Assembly: GCA_947259995.1 (NCBI GenBank) | Contig: CAMYOK010000002.1 | Location: 224,881 to 288,880, forward strand | DNA length: 64,000 nucleotides | Direction of reading: 5' to 3' | Source: an uncultured Pseudomonadales bacterium | GTDB lineage: Bacteria > Pseudomonadota > Gammaproteobacteria > Pseudomonadales > Pseudohongiellaceae | In this document: positions 59,486-64,000 of the stretch, in pieces | How the letters are laid out: every line of letters begins with the position of its first letter | How positions within the stretch are numbered: position 1 is the first letter of the stretch | The notes under the pieces: model-generated | What the model was told of the DNA's origin: nothing | The model's database searches: none | Seen by the model: only the letters and a program-made list of their open reading frames with translations | Translations under genes and position numbers: made by a program

Positions 59486-60776
59486 TGGCAATTGCTCCTT
59501 GCGATGAAACGCTCCAACTTTGAATACCATTGAAATGATACCGGTTTGCCGCATCATACTGCGCTAGCACGGCGCTGCGGGTTGGCTGCACATTGCCGGC
59601 ACTATCCGTGGCTCGGCTTTGCAATACAGCTGGCGCGCCCTCCCATAACCAGGGCAGTCTAAAGCGCGTTAGCGCCAACGCTTGGCGTTCTTCAGCAAGC
59701 AGGGCATCTGCCCAAGTCCGGCCACTGTCAGCAGAGACTTCCACCCGCGTAATGGCCCCACTGCCAGACCAAGCCAAGCCGGTCACCTCATGCACCCCTT
59801 GGCGCCGCAGAAGCATCTGCCCCGAAGGAGACGTGATGACTGACTTCACTCCCATGGGATAAGTGAACTGCAAGGCCTTACCGTCAGCCAAGAAGTCGGT
59901 ATAGCGCGAGGTCTCGTCTCTGAAGTTAGCAGGGCCAGAAGTAAGCTTAATTTGGCTTAACCATTTCACACTCACGTTACCTTCCCAGCCCGGGACAAAT
60001 AAACGCATAGGGTAACCTTGCTCGGGGCGAATTGGCTCACCATTTTGGTAGAGCGCTATAAACACATCATCCAAGGCTTTGTGCAATGGAATGGAACGCC
60101 CCATACTCGCGCCATCGACACCAGTTGCGGCAATCCAGCTGGCGCCATCTTCGACACCAGCCTCTGCTAGCAATGTTGACAGCGGCACCCCCGTCCACTG
60201 CGCGGCCGACACCAGCCCATGCAAACTCGCTGCCGTGCCATCGCTAGCTTGGGCAGCAGTATTCGCGCCGCTATTGCCGGAACACTCCAAAAAGTAAACG
60301 CGGCTTTGTTGTGGATAGGCTAATAAATCCTCGTAAGAAAAAGACAAAGGCTGGCGTACCAGTCCATGAATCACCAATCGATGCTGTGCTGGGTCTACCT
60401 CTGGAATGCCTGCGTGATGGCGCTCAAAATGCAAACCGTTTGGAGTGATTGAGCCTTGCATTAAATGCAAAGGACTGCGCGATGCGCCGCCTCCAGGCAA
60501 CAAAGGATTGGGGGCACCGGTAAGGCGCTGCAAACCCTGCGCAAAAGTCGAAGGGTAGCCATAGCCAGACAAATCTCTGCCTGGCACCTTCGACCACGAT
60601 GGCGTGACAATTGTCGGGGCCTCAGCGGCTAGCAAGGGTTGAGCGGCAAGGCTCGCCGCACCTGCAAGCCCTAAGCCCAGCAAGTGCCTGCGATTAAGCA
60701 GCCCGTTTCCCGCTACTTGATCCAAGTTCTGGTATACGTCATCTCTGTGTTTGTCGCTCATAAGGTCTACACTCAC
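59472..60776 (-). CDS. sorA: Sulfite oxidase-family molybdopterin subunit (SorA/SoxC-type sulfite dehydrogenase) with a Tat signal
   Basis: 434 aa. Has a twin-arginine leader (NRRHLLGLGLAGAASLAA), the Moco cysteine motif (FLECSGNSG) and a C-terminal dimerisation domain. Confidence 0.75.
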   Translation of the reverse strand: MSVDLMSDKHRDDVYQNLDQVAGNGLLNRRHLLGLGLAGAASLAAQPLLAAEAPTIVTPSWSKVPGRDLSGYGYPSTFAQGLQRLTGAPNPLLPGGGASRSPLHLMQGSITPNGLHFERHHAGIPEVDPAQHRLVIHGLVRQPLSFSYEDLLAYPQQSRVYFLECSGNSGANTAAQASDGTAASLHGLVSAAQWTGVPLSTLLAEAGVEDGASWIAATGVDGASMGRSIPLHKALDDVFIALYQNGEPIRPEQGYPMRLFVPGWEGNVSVKWLSQIKLTSGPANFRDETSRYTDFLADGKALQFTYPMGVKSVITSPSGQMLLRRQGVHEVTGLAWSGSGAITRVEVSADSGRTWADALLAEERQALALTRFRLPWLWEGAPAVLQSRATDSAGNVQPTRSAVLAQYDAANRYHFNGIQSWSVSSQGAIANVYA

Positions 60777-60845
60777 ATTTGTTATATCGTTGCTTTTGCT
60801 GATAGTGTCATGGCTCGTTCCTACATCGATTGCCTGAAAGACTAA

Positions 60846-61499
60846 ATGATGAATCTAGCAAAAGCTATAGCACTAGCCCTACTCCCTGTGGCCACCGCGC
60901 AAGTCTTGGCCCAAGCGCAAATCCACGCCCCAGACAGTTGGGGTTTAGCGATATGGGAGCCGCGCAGCTTCTTAGGGACAACCGACTATCAGGTCATCAA
61001 TCTCGATAACGAGCAAGTTTTGCAGGCCGAGGCAAACGCGAGCGCGAGCGCACTCTATATAGAGCAGCGCATCGACTTGAATGCTACGCCTTTTTTGCAA
61101 TGGCGTTGGCGCACCGACGCCACGCTTGGCGTCGGCGTCAATGAAACATTAAAGTCTGGCGACGACTACGCCGCGCGCATTTATGTCGTGCGTAAAGGCG
61201 GGCTTGCATTCTGGCGCACCAAGGCATTGAACTATGTATGGGCGAGCAACCAGCCGTTAGGCTCGCGCTGGCCAAACCCATTCGCAGGCAACAACGTACA
61301 GATGCTCGCCGTGGATACTGGCACCGCGAATCTAGGGCAATGGCGCCACCATGTGCGTGATATCAAGGCTGATTGGTATGAGGCTTTTGGAGAGACAATA
61401 GAAAACCTAGATGGCATCGCCATTATGACTGACACCGATAATTCCGGTTTAGCCATTGAGGCTTGGTATGCGGATGTTGCGTTTACACGTCGACCATAA
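60846..61499 (+). CDS. DUF3047-like secreted protein
   Basis: 217 aa with a signal peptide. The DDYAARIYVV...ALNYVWAS...WPNP pattern is what I associate with DUF3047. Confidence 0.55.
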   Translation: MMNLAKAIALALLPVATAQVLAQAQIHAPDSWGLAIWEPRSFLGTTDYQVINLDNEQVLQAEANASASALYIEQRIDLNATPFLQWRWRTDATLGVGVNETLKSGDDYAARIYVVRKGGLAFWRTKALNYVWASNQPLGSRWPNPFAGNNVQMLAVDTGTANLGQWRHHVRDIKADWYEAFGETIENLDGIAIMTDTDNSGLAIEAWYADVAFTRRP

Positions 61500-61538
61500 A
61501 GCCGCAGCACTTTAATGATGATGCGGCTTTGGTCTAGC

Positions 61539-63053
61539 TTAAAGAAGATACATCGTCGCTAATAAGCCAGCGGTTGACATCGTAATCGTATATGGCAAAG
61601 CGAGCATCACCATGCGTCCGTAAGATAGGCGAATCAGCGGCGCTAAGGCTGACGTTAATAAGAACAAAAATGCCGCCTGACCATTGGGCGTTGCCACAGA
61701 TGGAATATTAGTCCCCGTATTAATCGCCACAGCGAGTAATTCGAATTGCTCGCGGCCGATGCGACCTGCCTCAAATGCCGACTGCACTTCAGTGATATAC
61801 ACAGTGGCAACAAACACGTTGTCAGACACCATCGACAGGACACCATTCGCAATATAGAACGCTGAGAGTTGCAGTGAACCCTCCATCCCCAAGACATAAT
61901 CCACCACAGGGCTAAATAGGTGCAGTTGATGGATCACCGCAACAACCGTGAAGAACACTACTAACAAAGCGGTAAACGGCAACGCTTCTTGAAACGCGTG
62001 CCCCAATCGATGCTCATCAGTAATCCCTGTGAAGGCTGTGGCCAGTACGATCACGGCAAGCCCAATGATGCCCACTTCGGCCAAGTGAAAGGCCAAACAT
62101 ATCACCAAGAAAATGGCGACAGCTGCTTGAATCCACAAGTTCAATATATCGCCCTTGGTGAGTTTTGCCGTCTGCTCATTATCGTAGCGTTGCAAAATTT
62201 CTCGCACCGTTTCTGGCAACTTAGCGCCGTACCCTGCAACACCGAACCGCTCCACCAAGAAGGTCGTTACCAGCCCTGTGGCCAAGACCACCATAGACAC
62301 CGGGGCCACACGCAGAAAAAATTCTACGAAGTCCCACTCCATGATGTGGCCAATCAATAAATTCTGGGGCTCGCCAACGATCGTACAAACACCCCCTAGC
62401 GCTGTACCGATTGCCGCATGCATCATGATATTGCGCAGGAACGCACGGAACTGTTCTAGATCCTCACGGCTGTTCTCCTGGACACTACCGTCATCGCCAA
62501 CATCGTGGTTCTCTTTGTCAAACTGAAATCCCGAGGCCACTTTGTGGTACACAGAAAAGAACCCCGACGCGACGGCAATCACCACTGCCGTCACTGTTAA
62601 TGCATCGAGGAAGGCGGACAGAACAGCCGCCAGTACGGCAAACAGCAACGACAGCACGATCTTTGATCGCACACGCAATAAAATTTTGGTGAAGCTAAAC
62701 AGCAGCATCTCCTTAAGAAAAGAAATACCAGCCACCATGAATATCAACAACAAAATGACAGGGAAATTGGTATGGGCTTCTTCATAAACGGCCTCTGTTG
62801 AGCACATGCCGATCACCACCGCTTCGAAAGCCAGAAGCCCTCCCGGCTGTAAGGGGTAACATTTCAGCGCCATCGCGAGCGTAAAGATAAACTCTGCAAT
62901 CAGCACCCAACCCGCCAGGAACGGGTCCACTGCAAAAAACAAGATCGGGTTTAGGAGCAAAAATCCGACAATCGTGCGTTTATACCAATCGGGCGAGGCG
63001 CCCAAAAAATTGTTTAACAATGTTTGACCATAAGTTGTAGTTGTAGTTGTCAT
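61539..63053 (-). CDS. nhaB: Na+/H+ antiporter NhaB (copy 1)
   Basis: 504 aa. Has [25 protein letters not shown]...[28 protein letters not shown], collinear with E. coli NhaB as I remember it. Confidence 0.9.
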   Translation of the reverse strand: MTTTTTTYGQTLLNNFLGASPDWYKRTIVGFLLLNPILFFAVDPFLAGWVLIAEFIFTLAMALKCYPLQPGGLLAFEAVVIGMCSTEAVYEEAHTNFPVILLLIFMVAGISFLKEMLLFSFTKILLRVRSKIVLSLLFAVLAAVLSAFLDALTVTAVVIAVASGFFSVYHKVASGFQFDKENHDVGDDGSVQENSREDLEQFRAFLRNIMMHAAIGTALGGVCTIVGEPQNLLIGHIMEWDFVEFFLRVAPVSMVVLATGLVTTFLVERFGVAGYGAKLPETVREILQRYDNEQTAKLTKGDILNLWIQAAVAIFLVICLAFHLAEVGIIGLAVIVLATAFTGITDEHRLGHAFQEALPFTALLVVFFTVVAVIHQLHLFSPVVDYVLGMEGSLQLSAFYIANGVLSMVSDNVFVATVYITEVQSAFEAGRIGREQFELLAVAINTGTNIPSVATPNGQAAFLFLLTSALAPLIRLSYGRMVMLALPYTITMSTAGLLATMYLL

Positions 63054-63210
63054 GGCTATTCCTCAGCACTACTTTTCTAACACAGTAAAAACATCCCTCG
63101 CATTCCACGTCTTAACAGGGAAAACTCGAGATTCCCAAAATCCAACGCAAACGGAGCCAAACCGAACTCATTGCTTGAGTCCGATTTGGCTCCGAATTTT
63201 TCTACCGCAC

Positions 63211-63244
63211 TAAAAAGGGCCTGTCAGTTACACTGTACAGGCCC
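63211..63244 (-). terminator. Rho-independent terminator of nhaB copy 2 (GGGCCTGT-loop-ACAGGCCC followed by TTTTT on the minus strand)
   Basis: 8 bp GC-rich stem at 63217-63244 with a T5 run (63211-63216 region, read on the minus strand), 29 nt after the stop at 63273. Confidence 0.6.
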
Positions 63245-63272
63245 TTGGCATAAACGCTTACATACTCTTAAA

Positions 63273-64000
63273 TCAGAGGAAATAGATGGTAGCCAATAGG
63301 CCTGCAATCGACATCGTGATTGTGTATGGAAGTGCAAGTATCACCATACGTCCATAAGATAGACGAATTAGCGGAGCAATTGCAGAAGTCAGCAAGAACA
63401 AGAATGCCGCCTGACCATTTGGCGTTGCCACAGAAGGAATGTTAGTACCGGTATTAATTGCCACCGCCAACAACTCAAACTGCTCGCGTGAAATGCGACC
63501 CGCTTCGAAGGCTTGCTGAACTTCAGAAATATATACGGTCGCAACGAATACGTTGTCTGAGACCATCGAAAGAACACCGTTAGCAATGTAGAACGCAGAC
63601 AACTGCGCGTGACCTTCCATCGCCAACACAAAGTTCACAACTGGGGTGAACAAGTGCAATTCATGGATAACACCGACAATAGCGAAGAACACGACCAATA
63701 GAGCGGTAAAGGGCAGTGCCTCTTGGAAGGCGTGACCAATGCTGTGCTCGTCTGTAATGCCATTAAAGGCAGTTGCTAATACGATCACTGCAAGACCAAT
63801 GATGCCCACCTCTGCAAGGTGCAGAGCGAGACAAACGACGAGGAACACTGCTACGGCTGCTTGTACCCACATCTTCATGATGTCGGTTTTAGTCAACTTC
63901 GCGGTTTGCTCATTGTCATAGTCTTCTAGAATTGAACGCACGTTGGCAGGCAGTTCAGTACCGTAACCTACAATCTTAAACTTCTCGACTAAGATCGTAG
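63273..64000 (-). CDS. nhaB: Na+/H+ antiporter NhaB (copy 2, C-terminal ~240 codons; continues past the right window edge)
   Basis: The track ORF 63273-63941 starts at an internal GTG. My translation upstream to base 64000 stays open (…[34 protein letters not shown]) and aligns with copy 1 (…[34 protein letters not shown]). Confidence 0.85.
   Translation of the reverse strand, partial: TILVEKFKIVGYGTELPANVRSILEDYDNEQTAKLTKTDIMKMWVQAAVAVFLVVCLALHLAEVGIIGLAVIVLATAFNGITDEHSIGHAFQEALPFTALLVVFFAIVGVIHELHLFTPVVNFVLAMEGHAQLSAFYIANGVLSMVSDNVFVATVYISEVQQAFEAGRISREQFELLAVAINTGTNIPSVATPNGQAAFLFLLTSAIAPLIRLSYGRMVILALPYTITMSIAGLLATIYFL

Overview
This 64 kb window looks like chromosomal DNA from a gammaproteobacterium. 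The gene content suggests a marine or environmental lineage, and I cannot name the organism. Most of it is conserved housekeeping. This includes tgt-yajC-secD (secD runs off the left edge), prfC, a hisC-like gene, a holD-like gene followed by rimI, acnA-fumC, tamA-tamB, nhaA, gabD, sorAB-like sulfite dehydrogenase genes, a TonB-dependent receptor, and two tandem nhaB paralogs (the second runs off the right edge). I found no rRNA, tRNA, CRISPR array, transposase or integrase. Four accessory regions stand out. (1) An arsR-arsH-acr3 arsenic module lies at 4.0-6.2 kb. (2) A peptide-ligation and proteolysis cluster lies at 24.8-32.3 kb, with an Anbu proteasome homologue, a zinc-ribbon HExxH metallopeptidase, an alpha-E protein, a circularly permuted ATP-grasp ligase and a 1090 aa transglutaminase/DUF2126 fusion. 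Its physiological function is unknown for the family as a whole. (3) Directly next to it, at 32.3-34.0 kb, is a strongly AT-rich islet. It carries a 72 aa ORF with a textbook double-glycine (microcin/class II bacteriocin) leader, followed by a 410 aa catalytically intact rhomboid protease with a long N-terminal extension. No C39-peptidase ABC exporter is present anywhere in the window. I consider this the best candidate for an undescribed system. (4) A zinc-ribbon Smr-domain gene is followed by a ribbon-helix-helix gene with its own palindromic operator, which resembles a toxin-antitoxin module. Smaller observations are an orphan GAF-GspE ATPase, an inverted DnaA-box pair in a 585 bp AT-rich intergenic region, a sigma32-type promoter in front of an exported Hsp20-like protein, and a MATCAP/DUF1704-type carboxypeptidase. 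All functional calls come from reading the supplied translations against remembered family motifs. No database search was run.
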